Program-made: the position numbers and the translations under genes
Notes under the pieces: generated by a model
Told to the model about the DNA's origin: nothing
Databases searched by the model: none
What the model saw: the letters and a program-made list of their open reading frames with translations, nothing else
Part shown: positions 37,201-48,296 of the stretch, piece by piece
Position numbering within the stretch: position 1 is the first letter of the stretch
Layout: each line of letters begins with the position of its first letter
Virus record (IMG/VR): IMGVR_UViG_3300011008_000006
From: a virus
Taxonomy: Duplodnaviria; Heunggongvirae; Uroviricota; Caudoviricetes
Strand: one strand, 5' to 3'
Length of the DNA stretch: 63,427 nucleotides

Positions 37201-39548
37201 TCTTTTTGAGTGCCATTAATTGTCGCGGTCATCCACATTTCAGCAGTATAACTACCGTGCGCGAAACTTTCTGTTAATGTTACTGTAACAGGGATGCTAC
37301 TAGTAGTAACAATTTGAGATTGCTAGTGATTACCAACTTTTAAGTATAAAGTTTTAGTAATATCAGAGCCATAAGGAGTACAAGAAAAATTAATCTCGTC
37401 ACTACTATTAATTGTACTTTCTTCATATTCCCATGTTAAAGAAAAATTAATAACATTTGCTACCCAAGTTTTTGTACGACTAATAACTTGATCATTTACA
37501 GAAATAGTAACGGTTAATGTAATATTATTTGTACCAGTATGTAAATATGGACCAATATTAAAAGTATTATAGTCAGTATTATCAGAAATATCATTAATTG
37601 ATACATCCTAAGTAGCTACTCGTGCCCCATTAATAGACCATGTACCGGTACCAGTAGTTGCAATTAATTCATCCTACTAGCCTACGCGTTCAGTAGCAGT
37701 ATATATATAATTAATTATGCAATCTTCTCCAGAAATAGTAGTAAGATTTGCATCAGTAACACGATTAATAAAAGCAGTAATACCAGAGCTACTTCCACCG
37801 CCGCCACCTGTAATAGTTACTTCATCAGTTCCACCGTCTATATCAACCCATGTTAATGTTGTTCCATTTTCATTTTGAGTATATCCAATAGATTGAATTG
37901 CAGTAAAGTTAGCTAATAAATTAGTATTACTACCAACTTCCTTTATAACTGGTTTACTCTTTCTTGGTGCACCTTCTTCATTACTAACTAAACTATTATC
38001 AAGAGTAACACTATTAATTAATCCAGCGGGTAGAATTTGTACCCATGTATTATTTAAATAGCGATAATGTATATAATTTAAATTACTTCCAATAAAATAG
38101 TCTACTGTATCTGAATATGGTGTTGGTATATCAGTTAAAGTAGCATAAAATTCAGCAGAAGAAGTTCCGCCTTCACTTTCTCCACCGCTGATTAATTGCC
38201 AAGTATTATTAATATAACGCCAATAGTAATACTTATTATCTTTCTTTAATAAATAATCAACATCAGCAGATGGATTTAAAATACTAGTAGGAATACCATC
38301 ATTATTATAAGTAACAACATCTATAATTGTAGTAGTAGTAGATTGTGGATTATTTTCTAACGCTGTTACACGCGCTTTTAATCCCGTTGAAGCAGTGTTT
38401 AAATCACTTTCAATAGTAGTAACTCTCGCCTTTAAGCCAGTAGATGCAGTATTTAAATCACCCTCAACTGTAGTTAAGCGTCCGTCTAATCCATTTATAG
38501 CAGTATTAACAGTAGTTGCTACTGCCGCAGCGTTAGCTGTTGCTTCAACCGCGTCAAAACGAGCGTCAATAGAATTATAAATGTCTTTCGCACTGGTTAA
38601 TTCTGTTTCAATATCATCAAAACGAGTATCAAGTGTGTCTTCAACAGTACGATGTGCGCTATCAATCTCATTTACTTTACCTTCTACTGTACTAATGCGT
38701 CCTTCCGCGGCCGCAATTCTATTGGGAATTGTAGTAGTGGTTGCAGTCTCCGTTGTAGTAAGGCGTCCTTCAACCGCTGCAATACGTGCTTCATCATCTA
38801 CAAAACGTGCATTTAAATTGGCCCGTGCGACATTTAAACTATCTACTCCGCGCGCGGTTTCAACTTCATCTTTTACATCATCTATGTCAGAGTATAAAGT
38901 AGAAATATGTTGTTCAAGATTTTTCGCGTCGCCTGATACTGGTGTATTTAATCTATCTTGAATAGTTCCAATAGCAGTATCTTGGGTACTGTTTTTGGTT
39001 TCAATATTATTTAGCCTCTGAGCTAAACTATCTGCTGTGCCTTTAGCGGTATTAATTGCTTCAATAGCCGTATTAGCAGTTCCTTGTGCTGTATCAATTC
39101 GCCCGCTTAAAGCAGTATCTGCTGCTTTATAGGCAGTATCAATAGAGCTAATAGAAGCGCGAATAGTTTCTAATACTGATTTTAAATTAGCTTGAGTAAT
39201 TTCTTGTGTACCACAGGCATTATTAATAATTGATAAAAGTGTACTGATATTAGCAGTATTTTGTTGCACTGAGTTAGAATCAATACTTAAATTACTAATA
39301 CGTTGGGCAATAGAACCATGCTCATTTACTTCCGCTAAGCTATATCCTACAATAGTAAATAATGTATTTAATTTAGTAAGTACATTACCATTATTGAGTT
39401 CCTAATCAGAATATCCAAGATAACTTAAAAGTTTATTAATATTTGTTTCACTATAAGCATCAATTGCAGCTATACCATCTTCGATATTCTACATTTTGGC
39501 TTTAGTAATTGGCTCTTTAGTATTCCAAGTATGTTTAGTATATGCCAT
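31251..39548 (-). CDS. giant multidomain virion protein (~2,765 aa, TAG-recoded): coiled coil, Ig/LamG-like, CotH-kinase-like, LRR, WWLRS C-terminal domain
   Basis: ten track ORFs lie in one frame from ATG 39548 (GGAGGG RBS) to TAA 31251; the track fragments end at TAG. Confidence 0.85.
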
Positions 39549-39739
39549 TCCTTTTTCCCTCCTTTTCCTCGGCATTATGCCGTATAAATACCTTTTCAAA
39601 ATACTCTCGTGAAGAGAGTTATTTCTCTATAAAAGTAGTATTAACTCTAAAACAAAAACATTCTTTTTTACTTTTACACCAAAACTTTTTACAAAATATT
39701 AGTCATTGTTTTACTACTAAAAAGTAAGGAGGTGGTACT

Positions 39740-41218
39740 ATGGAAATACAAGTACAACTAACAAGACAAGAAAATGCATAGTTTTATAATGTAGAAGTAG
39801 GTACTATTGTTAATATTGAATTTGAAGAATATGTCGCGGCAGTTGTAGCGGCAGAAATTGGTAATAGTTATTTAGAGGCTTGTAAAGCACAAGCAATAGC
39901 CGCACGCTCATTTGCTATTTCAAGAGGAGTATTACGCGGCCTAGCCATCTCTGACTCTCCTAGTACAGCATAGTGTTATAGAGCAGTACGCTATAATGAG
40001 AATGGATATCCAAATTGTATTCAAGCCGCGAAATAGACTGCGGGGTTAGTTTTAAAATATTAGGATACAGTTATTAATTCTATTTATACAGCAAGTAATG
40101 GCGGTCAAACTGTATCTGCTTATGAGCGTTGGGGTGGCAAAGATTATCCATATTTAATTTCACAGCCTGATCCTTGGGATGCGGCAGTAGGGCTTGCTCG
40201 TGCAGGTTCTGGTGTTGGTATGAGTTAGAGAGGATGTATGTATGCCGCAAAATAGGGTATTACATATGAAGCTATTCTTGCTTTTTATTATCCTAATACT
40301 TATATAAGTGATAATTATGGTAAATCAAAAGCGGATATTGTTGTTGACCTTGCACGTTCTCGTTTAGGTTATCCATATGTATTTGGCGCTGTTGGAGAAG
40401 ATTGCTCTCCTAAAAATAGAGACCGCCGCCGCAATGCTTCTTATCCTTCAATAGTAAGTAAATGTTAGGTATTAAGTAAAGAAGCGGTTGGTTGTGATGG
40501 CTGCGAATATAAAGGTATGTAGATATTTGATTGCCGCGGTTTTACATATTGGTGCTTAAAATAGGTAGGTATAACAATTAGTGCAGTAGGCGCGACAACA
40601 TAGTATAACGGAAATTATTGGGTATAGAAAGGTTTAATAAAAAATGGTATGCCAAATGTAGTTTGTTGTGTTTTTAAATATAAAAATGGAGTTATGAGCC
40701 ATACTGGATTACATATTGGAGATGGATTTATTATTCATTGTTCCGGCGAAGTAAAAGAAGGTTCTATTGATGATACTTCTTGGACGCATTATGCTATTCC
40801 TAAGGGGCTCTATAATAATTTAGAAGATATTACGGAGGTAAGTAAGATGACTTCTTATAAAAATGGTAGTCAAGGTGAAGGCGTTCGATAGTTATAGATT
40901 AAATTAAATAAATTAGGTTTTAATTGTGGTGAAGCAGATGGTATATATGGTAAAAAAACTACCGCCGCGGTTAAAGCATTTTAGAAGGCCCATGGATTAA
41001 CAGAAGATGGTAAGGCGGGGCCAGTAACACTTGCGCGTGTTGAGGTAGAGTATAATAAAATTGTTAATCCTATAAATCCTCCTGAAGAACCAGTAGAAGA
41101 TATAGTATAGTATGAAAAACTTACAGAAGAATTAATAGATATTAAATCTTCATTAAGTTCATTATTAAATAGAGTAGATGTTCTTTAGGAAGAATTAGAT
41201 AATTTTTTAAATAAATAA
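39740..41218 (+). CDS. modular endolysin/cell-wall hydrolase: SpoIID/LytB + NlpC/P60 + PG_binding_1 (TAG-recoded, 492 aa)
   Basis: EEYVAAVVAAEI...EACKAQAIAARS; GVGMS(TAG)RG; ILAFYYP; LGYPYVFGA...FDCRG...HTGL; DGIYGKKTTAAVKAF(TAG)KAHGLTEDGKAG; AGGAGG RBS. Confidence 0.9.
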
Positions 41219-41256
41219 AAAAAGGGAAGAGGTTATAAACCTCTTCCCCTTTTATT
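41219..41256. terminator. bidirectional terminator between convergent genes
   Basis: GGGAAGAGGTT-ATA-AACCTCTTCCC with A- and T-tracts on both sides. Confidence 0.85.
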
Positions 41257-41259
41257 TTT

Positions 41260-41427
41260 TTATTCTAAAATAACTGCCGGGCCGATAGCTTGGGCGGGAT
41301 TTTTAGAATCCCCAAAATAAAAACTATCATCAAGATATACATTCTTTAAGCGTGTATACCCAATCATTACTGGATAATCATCAGAGTATTCACTTAGCAT
41401 ATCAATTAATTCACCAACTGTAATCAT
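41260..41427 (-). CDS. small hypothetical protein (55 aa)
   Basis: MITVGELIDMLSEYSDDYPVMI motif common in phage small proteins. Confidence 0.7.
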   Translation of the reverse strand: MITVGELIDMLSEYSDDYPVMIGYTRLKNVYLDDSFYFGDSKNPAQAIGPAVILE

Positions 41428-41861
41428 TCGTTATTTTCAGTCTCCTTATTGAGATATTCCTCAATATTTTTTTCGCGCTCTTCATCATTAGTAGCTAGGC
41501 GCTCGACGAAATCATTAAAACTATTAACAATATTTGTATATTCGTTGTCAATTCTATCAACATACTTTTGCGCACGCTTAAAGAAACTAGTATTTAGCTT
41601 TCTCTTTGCCTTATGATACGCAAGCTGCATACCAAATTCAGGATCAAAAGTATCATTTTCGCTGCAAGTAGCAATACCAACAAAACGATGAGGCATTAGA
41701 AGTTCCGACCAGAATTTATCCCCTGCTTTAATTATAATAAGATTAAACTCATCAATATATCTTAGGAATAGTTCTGTCGTGTGGGGAATTACACAAATTA
41801 CCTTACGCTTTTCTTCATCGACATAAAACTGACAATCTTTCTGAGAAATATTAATATTCAT
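41424..41861 (-). CDS. hypothetical protein
   Basis: 145 aa; GIATCSENDTFDPEFGMQLA motif; AGGAG RBS. Confidence 0.8.
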   Translation of the reverse strand: MNINISQKDCQFYVDEEKRKVICVIPHTTELFLRYIDEFNLIIIKAGDKFWSELLMPHRFVGIATCSENDTFDPEFGMQLAYHKAKRKLNTSFFKRAQKYVDRIDNEYTNIVNSFNDFVERLATNDEEREKNIEEYLNKETENNE

Positions 41862-41874
41862 TTTTTGCTCTCCT

Positions 41875-42258
41875 TTAAAATGTAATTAAATTAAAATTAT
41901 TATAAATCTTAGGATAGAAAATTCCAATCCAAAGATTATTTTGATTTACTCGACAGTCTGCAATTGTTGCGTTCCATGCAGTAATTTCTACCATAAGCTC
42001 TCTTAAAGCCCTGTCATCTTCATAAATATTATTTTCTAGCTGATACATAATTGTATCATATTTAGCCTGTAGCCTTGCTTGTTCTGCATCAGCATCTGCA
42101 AAAAACATAATATGAGCAAAAATTAAAGTAAGACAAACTAAAACAGAAAATACAATCATAACTGAACCTACAAGATGTTTAATTTCCCATTCGCCGTGAG
42201 AAATTTTTACAAGGATAAAACCTACAAGACCAAATAGAGCTACTAATACAATAATCAT
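41875..42258 (-). CDS. membrane protein (2 TM + coiled coil)
   Basis: two N-terminal hydrophobic segments; AGGAG RBS. Confidence 0.8.
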   Translation of the reverse strand: MIIVLVALFGLVGFILVKISHGEWEIKHLVGSVMIVFSVLVCLTLIFAHIMFFADADAEQARLQAKYDTIMYQLENNIYEDDRALRELMVEITAWNATIADCRVNQNNLWIGIFYPKIYNNFNLITF

Positions 42259-42494
42259 TTCTTTTCTCCTTTATAAAAATTACAATTTCTCTTAAAGCCA
42301 TTACAACTACAAATATCTTTTTCTTTTGTGCCCCAACAACGTGGTATACCATATTCTATATGATAACAATCACAATACCTAGTATCAAAATTTTCCATCT
42401 TTTTGCCGCACCAAGGGCAATATGGCGTAATGCGTTCAGTAGTAATATTACAATTACTACAATAAATTAAATTATCTTTATAGACCCATCGCAC
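42255..42494 (-). CDS. Cys-rich zinc-ribbon protein
   Basis: CSNC...CPWCG plus further Cys clusters. Confidence 0.75.
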   Translation of the reverse strand: MRWVYKDNLIYCSNCNITTERITPYCPWCGKKMENFDTRYCDCYHIEYGIPRCWGTKEKDICSCNGFKRNCNFYKGEKK

Positions 42495-42783
42495 GTCGCC
42501 GCCTTCCTTTCTTTACAATAGTAATATGAGGAAGAATATAATGATGACGCCACCAATAAAATTTACTTTTAGTTTCATCATATAAAGAGCGTTGATAGGC
42601 TTCTTTTACACATTTATTATCTACTGCAATCCAAGCACCATATTTATATTCTGCTGTTACATGGATACAAGGCAATAGTCTAGCATCATATTCTATATAT
42701 CCTTCACGCATATTTTTTTCATCAATCACAATGTCACCAATTGTTAATAGTCTTCCCATACAATCTTTCCAAGGATACCGCAT
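42478..42783 (-). CDS. hypothetical protein (YopX-like DxxG...GD motif)
   Basis: start MRYPWKDCMGRLLTIGDIV after AGGAG RBS. Confidence 0.65.
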   Translation of the reverse strand: MRYPWKDCMGRLLTIGDIVIDEKNMREGYIEYDARLLPCIHVTAEYKYGAWIAVDNKCVKEAYQRSLYDETKSKFYWWRHHYILPHITIVKKGRRRRAMGL

Positions 42784-42797
42784 TTTACTCTCCTTTT

Positions 42798-43223
42798 TTA
42801 TAACAATTCTTCGTGACAATAACCTGTTTCTGTGGTATAATACAGATGCTTTATTCCCAATGCTTTCGCCGCGGCAGTACAAGCCGCGCAGGGTTTAGAC
42901 ATAGCTAATTTACCATTACGCAATTCACGATATACATATAATTTTACTTTTGAGAAATCAATATCCAAGTATTTAATTTTATTTAGTGCCATAATTTCTG
43001 CATGGCATTTGCTTGGTAGATACCTATTTCCGCTATCCTTATAGCGCAAATTATTAAATCTCATCTGTTCTGTATGAGTTTTATCAGTATTACAACCTTT
43101 AGCTAGTACGGTACCCTTATAGGCAATAACACATCCAATTCTTGCTCGTCCACCGCCAGTATAATCAGATTCCAAACTACACTCGCGGGCGAGCTGAAAC
43201 AGGTGATAGTCAGACTTTTTCAT
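42798..43223 (-). CDS. cytidine/deoxycytidylate deaminase family protein
   Basis: GCVI...HAE...PCxxC zinc-deaminase motifs; start MKKSDY after AAGGAG; promoter at ~43282-43254. Confidence 0.85.
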   Translation of the reverse strand: MKKSDYHLFQLARECSLESDYTGGGRARIGCVIAYKGTVLAKGCNTDKTHTEQMRFNNLRYKDSGNRYLPSKCHAEIMALNKIKYLDIDFSKVKLYVYRELRNGKLAMSKPCAACTAAAKALGIKHLYYTTETGYCHEELL

Positions 43224-43300
43224 AAGATCTCCTTTCTTCTCTCTTATATATAAATTATAACATAAATTTCGCAAAAAGTCAAATAAAAAGGATGTGGATT

Positions 43301-44254
43301 TTAACCACATCCAGAATTTGAATTTCGCGGCGAACCATCTACAAATAGTGAAGGTCTACAAATTTCTTGCTGGCCGCTATTTGTAGTTACTACTGTATTA
43401 TTACTCTCATTATTAAAGACAAGATTAACTAAAGCAAAATTATTTGAGTTATTTGTAACTACGGTAGTATTATTATAGTCGCCCTTAACCGCGACAGCAG
43501 TTGTAGTTGTTACATTGTTATTACCTTCTACAATTACATCAGCAGTGGCAGTATTAGAACATCCAGTATTACTTACAATTACAACAGAATTAACTTCTTC
43601 TTCTACTGTATTATTAACTACAACTGTACTATTATTATTTGTATTAGTATTGATGTAAATATTTACGCCAGGAGGGAAACCAAGTTCGTAATGACCATTA
43701 GAATCAATATCACCCTTTAGAATAGGAATCCAGTAATTATAATAACGTAGAGTACCTACTCTAGTCGTAATCATATCGCTAGTATAAAAGATATAGCCAG
43801 CATAGTTATTAATACGATAAATTGCCGCCGCGAGAACACTATTGACGCATAGTTCGTCAACTTGCACTCGTTCATTTACAATTGCTGTAACATCTGTAAT
43901 ATCTTCCGCATCAAGTTCTACTGTTAGTGGAACACGTGAGAAGCCATAACCATATTCTTCTACATACTGTAGACCCTTTTCACGAATTACCTTATTATCT
44001 ACAATTCCCTGAATGTAAGTAGTACCAGTAAAGTAATTCATTGAAAGATGAATAGTTGTTTCATTCATATTCTTAATTCCGGGAAGTTTATGATTCTCTG
44101 TGAGAAGAATCGCGGCTTCCGCATTATAGAATGAAATTGTCTCATTTGTGATTGTCATAGTTGCAGACTGCGGCAGATATACTGAGATACACTCCGCCGC
44201 GGCGAGAGATACGAGTAGAGATAGGGTTAGGAGTAGTGCAAAAATCTTCTTCAT
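43301..44254 (-). CDS. secreted/surface protein with Asn/Thr/Val-rich tail
   Basis: signal peptide MKKIFALLLTLSLLVSLAAA; own TTGACA/TATAAT promoter at ~44334-44305. Confidence 0.8.
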   Translation of the reverse strand: MKKIFALLLTLSLLVSLAAAECISVYLPQSATMTITNETISFYNAEAAILLTENHKLPGIKNMNETTIHLSMNYFTGTTYIQGIVDNKVIREKGLQYVEEYGYGFSRVPLTVELDAEDITDVTAIVNERVQVDELCVNSVLAAAIYRINNYAGYIFYTSDMITTRVGTLRYYNYWIPILKGDIDSNGHYELGFPPGVNIYINTNTNNNSTVVVNNTVEEEVNSVVIVSNTGCSNTATADVIVEGNNNVTTTTAVAVKGDYNNTTVVTNNSNNFALVNLVFNNESNNTVVTTNSGQQEICRPSLFVDGSPRNSNSGCG

Positions 44255-44345
44255 TTTAAATATCCTTCTTTCTTTTTTTTTGAGATTTCTCTCTTTTACA
44301 TTTATATTATACTATAATTTTTATTAATTGTCAAATATATTTTTA

Positions 44346-44576
44346 TTAAAATTCTCTACCGCAATAAGAACATATATGCGAGTCTTGTAAATTATGATAA
44401 TAGGGGTTACTGCAATAAGGGCATATAATACTTTCTTCTTCTTCATTTATTAAAAAGAAGTATATATCATCTATCAAAGTATCAGTACAATTTTTATCGC
44501 GGCTAAAATATGGGCATTTATGACACAGGCCGCTGCGACATATTTCAATCCTACGGATTAGCTCTTTTTTTGTCAT
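44346..44576 (-). CDS. small Cys-rich zinc-finger protein
   Basis: CHKCPY, CPYC, CSYCG. Confidence 0.7.
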   Translation of the reverse strand: MTKKELIRRIEICRSGLCHKCPYFSRDKNCTDTLIDDIYFFLINEEEESIICPYCSNPYYHNLQDSHICSYCGREF

Positions 44577-44808
44577 ATTTTTCTTTTATTGCTTTCTCCC
44601 ATTCAGGAAGCTCTCCCTCATTCCAAGTTTTTATTAAATTATAATAAGTACGTCCTTCTGCTACATGCCCACAATTATTACATTCTAGACATTCAGAAAC
44701 AGTTTCTTCAACAAACCAAAAATCATTTTCATCACGACGGGCCAGACCTTCTTCATAATAACGTACATCTGTACTGCCGCAAACAGGGCAAGGTTTAATT
44801 TCTTCCAT
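44551..44808 (-). CDS. Lar-like (restriction alleviation) zinc-ribbon protein
   Basis: IKPCPVCGS...ECNNCG...IKTWN pattern typical of Lar-family proteins. Confidence 0.6.
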   Translation of the reverse strand: MEEIKPCPVCGSTDVRYYEEGLARRDENDFWFVEETVSECLECNNCGHVAEGRTYYNLIKTWNEGELPEWEKAIKEKYDKKRANP

Positions 44809-44811
44809 AAT

Positions 44812-45126
44812 TTACCTCCAATCTTTTACAAATTTTGCAGTGCCGCGAATAATTTTACCATAATGAACTTCTTCTTCATCAAAATGAATTAGGTTTTGTG
44901 CTAACATATGTTGGCTAATATGGTAAGCAATTTGTTCCTTTATTTCATTTTCAAGTGCGTGTTCATTACCAATAAATTGAGTAAGAGTATAATTATCAAT
45001 TAATTGATTATCTGCAAGTGTAATAATGGGGCATACATTTTGAGTAATTTTATACTCATTAATTATTTGTTCGCTTTTAAGAATGCCGCCAAGTTTATGG
45101 ATTAACCATTTTCTAAATTTACTCAT
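44812..45126 (-). CDS. hypothetical protein
   Basis: 104-aa ORF coupled to its neighbours. Confidence 0.7.
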   Translation of the reverse strand: MSKFRKWLIHKLGGILKSEQIINEYKITQNVCPIITLADNQLIDNYTLTQFIGNEHALENEIKEQIAYHISQHMLAQNLIHFDEEEVHYGKIIRGTAKFVKDWR

Positions 45127-45418
45127 TTTCTTCGCCCCAAGAAATTAGAATAGTTTCATTTGGATAAAGTGTTTCTTTTTTATCTGTAATTGGAAGCCAT
45201 TTATTGTCATATAAATGACTTTTTTTATATACTGAAAATTCTTCTTTTAAAAGATATTCAAGAAATTCTTCTGTAAGTTTAGTATTTTCAAAAATTACAT
45301 AGTCTCTACCTGAATCCGCAGCCTGACGCATATCAGTAAAAAAATTATAATATCTTTTATTAAAATCTCGTCCGCGTGAGGCATTCATATACACAATAAG
45401 TTCTTGTTTTGTAACCAT
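45119..45418 (-). CDS. hypothetical protein
   Basis: 99-aa ORF; weak similarity to the adjacent 45425-45679 ORF (A..G...L..EGF/EEF...I.W). Confidence 0.7.
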   Translation of the reverse strand: MVTKQELIVYMNASRGRDFNKRYYNFFTDMRQAADSGRDYVIFENTKLTEEFLEYLLKEEFSVYKKSHLYDNKWLPITDKKETLYPNETILISWGEENE

Positions 45419-45424
45419 TTAATT

Positions 45425-45679
45425 TTATCCTTTCTTATCCCAACGTATTTCTACAACATCTGATATTTTACTAATATAAACCCAAAAACCTTCTTGTTGT
45501 AATTGTTCAAAAACCAACGATGGATAATCATTAGTTGAACATAAATAATAAGTTAATCCTCTTTTTGCGTGTTTAATAATTTCTTTTTCAATTATTTTCA
45601 TTTGCTTTTTTATATATCTACTTTCTTTTGTAGGCATAATATTACGAATATGCTCCGCGTTAATCATTTTTTTCTCCAA
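45425..45679 (-). CDS. hypothetical protein
   Basis: 84-aa ORF. Confidence 0.7.
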   Translation of the reverse strand: MEKKMINAEHIRNIMPTKESRYIKKQMKIIEKEIIKHAKRGLTYYLCSTNDYPSLVFEQLQQEGFWVYISKISDVVEIRWDKKG

Positions 45680-45878
45680 TAATATTTTTTATATTAATAA
45701 TTTTGCCGCATTGAGGACAATACTTCCACTCCATATGAAATGGGAAACTATTTATATTCCAACAATTACATTCTTGCCTTTTAAAAAGACTTTCAAATTC
45801 AAAATCTGGCCGCAATTCTACTGGGCCATTTTCATGCCAATGATTAAGAAGTAAGTTATGCAATTCCATATTAGTCAT
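45660..45878 (-). CDS. zinc-ribbon hypothetical protein
   Basis: YCPQCG; AGGAGG RBS; promoter TTGACT-17-TATAAT at ~45936-45908. Confidence 0.7.
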   Translation of the reverse strand: MTNMELHNLLLNHWHENGPVELRPDFEFESLFKRQECNCWNINSFPFHMEWKYCPQCGKIINIKNIIGEKND

Positions 45879-45958
45879 ACATATTTCCTCCTTTTTCTTT
45901 ATAATTTATTATACCATAAATTTAATTGAAAGTCAAATAAAAAAGAATAAGATTATTC

Positions 45959-46162
45959 TTATTCTTTAAAATCAAAGAAAAGCATTGATTTATATGGCGG
46001 CAAAACATTACTTGCACGGTTTTCTACTTTATAAAAATCTTCTTTAATCCAATTGCAGGCCCAACTTTCGGGAGTTTCACTTTCATCTTGAGAATATGAT
46101 AACTATTCATTATTGGTGAACTCATATTCAGTTTCAAGAATGTATTTAACTTTTACTTTCAT
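45959..46162 (-). CDS. small hypothetical protein (TAG-recoded, 67 aa)
   Basis: MKVKVKYILETEYEFTNNE(TAG)LSYSQDE...; GGAG RBS; TAA stop. Confidence 0.55.
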
Positions 46163-46587
46163 TTTTAATTTCCTCCAATTAAAAATGCAACATGTTTTTA
46201 TATTTTACTTGTTTATATTTATTTGTACTATATTCCTAATGATCTACTATAAGATTTTGTAAAATTTCTATCATTATCTATTCATAATTAGAGAACTCAT
46301 ATTCACAGAAAGAGCAAATAGGCCCTATTACTGGTTGCCGCATCATACATTCAGAACAATAATAATCTCCATTCTTATTCTTTTTTAATGTTGCTATCAT
46401 TTTTTATTTCTCCATCATAACTCAAATCTAATTTTACACGCTATCTTATATGACAGGCCGGACAATATACAAAATGATTTTCATTTATATCATTCTAATT
46501 ATAAGAAAAGAGGGCACCGCAATCAGGGCATATCATTATAGAACCTGGATAAGTTAGTGATAATAGTTTCAAAATGAAATTCACCTC

Positions 46588-47085
46588 TTAATCCCATAGA
46601 TAGTCCCAAAATTGTACGATCCCCATCAAAGCTTTAGTTCGTCTTTCCTTAGCTTCAGCCGCAAGTTCTTTATCGCGCGCGAAGTACAACCTATCAATTT
46701 CTGTACTTTCGCGGCTAGCCCAATTTTTATCTTCAAATTGCTTCACATATTCATCATAATATTCATTACGCCGCTCATAATTTTCTTCCTTGCTTACTTC
46801 AAGTTCACCCGCGATGTAATAAAGCCATGAAGTCCATTTTTCTGGAGTTTCAAAAGGTTCAACGCCTGGATACCCATGAGCCCCATACGCAAGATTGCGA
46901 AACATATCAATTATAATATTAGTAAGATAGTCATTCATATCCCATAAATCTGTATAACACCAGCCACGCGTAATGCGCATCCACGCATTTTTTAAATTAA
47001 TAAAACATTCGCGCGCAAATTTCCAAGGATGAGTAAGGTAATAGCGAGGTCTATATGGGAAATCTTTCAATACATTCATACTCAT
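46588..47085 (-). CDS. hypothetical protein
   Basis: 165-aa ORF; AAGGAG RBS; ends FWDYLWD. Confidence 0.8.
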   Translation of the reverse strand: MSMNVLKDFPYRPRYYLTHPWKFARECFINLKNAWMRITRGWCYTDLWDMNDYLTNIIIDMFRNLAYGAHGYPGVEPFETPEKWTSWLYYIAGELEVSKEENYERRNEYYDEYVKQFEDKNWASRESTEIDRLYFARDKELAAEAKERRTKALMGIVQFWDYLWD

Positions 47086-47328
47086 TTATTAATCTCCTTT
47101 AACATCTTAGCATATGTCATCGCATCATCTAAACTTTGATATAAGCAATAACCATAATTGTCCTATTCTTCAATAGGTAGTCCCAATTGCGGCTAACCCC
47201 AATCTAAAGTTGTTTCAACAACAGCATACTATCTATTATTTATTCTATAAATATAATGTATAATCTCATTCTTTGCGGCCGGAACATACTATGAATATGG
47301 TTTAATTAAGAAGATTGTCTACTATGCA

Positions 47329-47544
47329 TTAGTAGCCAAGTAGAATATCTAAATAATCTGGCTCTAAGCCTAAAATTAAATAAACCGCATCGACAGCTTC
47401 CTCATAAGAACCGCTGCGCGAAGTAATATAATCTAACTCACACTGACAATCTTCTACCATATAACGGGCCTCGTTATAGGAAATATTATCTCTATCCATA
47501 ATTAATTTAATAATATCTTCAATTGAATTACAATTCATCGCCAT
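47329..47544 (-). CDS. small acidic hypothetical protein
   Basis: 71 aa; LMDRDNISYNEA...LGLEPDYL. Confidence 0.75.
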   Translation of the reverse strand: MAMNCNSIEDIIKLIMDRDNISYNEARYMVEDCQCELDYITSRSGSYEEAVDAVYLILGLEPDYLDILLGY

Positions 47545-47873
47545 TCACTCCCAAAATCTGTATATTTATTTAAACCACCTTCATTGATAGGAATAATACC
47601 AAATTCTTTAGCAATTTTTTCAGGTATTCTTAAACGTACAATTTCATGTAATTGCATATTTTTCTTATCTGGAAACATATAGTGAATTAATTCTAATAAC
47701 GTGGGATATATATTGGGTTGCCATTTACTTACAAGATTTTCAAAATCTTCAATTTCATTTGGATTTAAAGTTAGTAAATGATCGCAATAGTTATTAATAG
47801 GACAATTTTCACATTCATCTTCATAGTAATCACAAATCTTTTTTGTTTTATCAATTATTTCTTTGAATTGCAT
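47535..47873 (-). CDS. hypothetical protein
   Basis: 112 aa; AGGAGG RBS; CENCP. Confidence 0.75.
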   Translation of the reverse strand: MQFKEIIDKTKKICDYYEDECENCPINNYCDHLLTLNPNEIEDFENLVSKWQPNIYPTLLELIHYMFPDKKNMQLHEIVRLRIPEKIAKEFGIIPINEGGLNKYTDFGSEWR

Positions 47874-48296
47874 CGGGGTCCTCCTTCAAATAGGGTAGAG
47901 TTTTGGGCTACCTTAAAATATATATTGAAATTGAAAATGAAATTGAAATTCCAACTTCTTTTCTTTTTCTATAAAAATTATACCATAAAAATTATAAAAA
48001 GTCAAATAATAGATTACATACAAGTACCTCGTATACTGAAATAAAAAAGAAAGGAGAAGAAAGTGGAACAAAAATTGGGGTAGGGGACTACGGGAATAGG
48101 TATGTAAAAAAATTAGGAAAAAATTATATATAGGAAATTTTTAGTATATTAGATGGGAGTGCAAATTTTGACTTCACGCCTTATCCGATAAGGCTTCTAC
48201 TATAATTTTTTTATAGTAAAATTGTATAATTATTTGTATTTTTTGTATAAAAATTCAACCAGAAATTACCAATTTTTCCAAATTTTTACAATATGA

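Noticed and set aside
853..39727. Plus-strand track ORFs in the structural region (e.g. 7097, 12087, 14329, 20406, 22606, 25402, 38581)
   Set aside because: Antisense shadows of the long minus-strand genes; no RBS or recognisable motifs.
1121..41218. Massive pseudogenisation of a decayed prophage
   Set aside because: The interruptions examined are all in-frame TAG, frames are preserved over kilobases, and TAG sits at conserved Gln positions; recoding explains this better.
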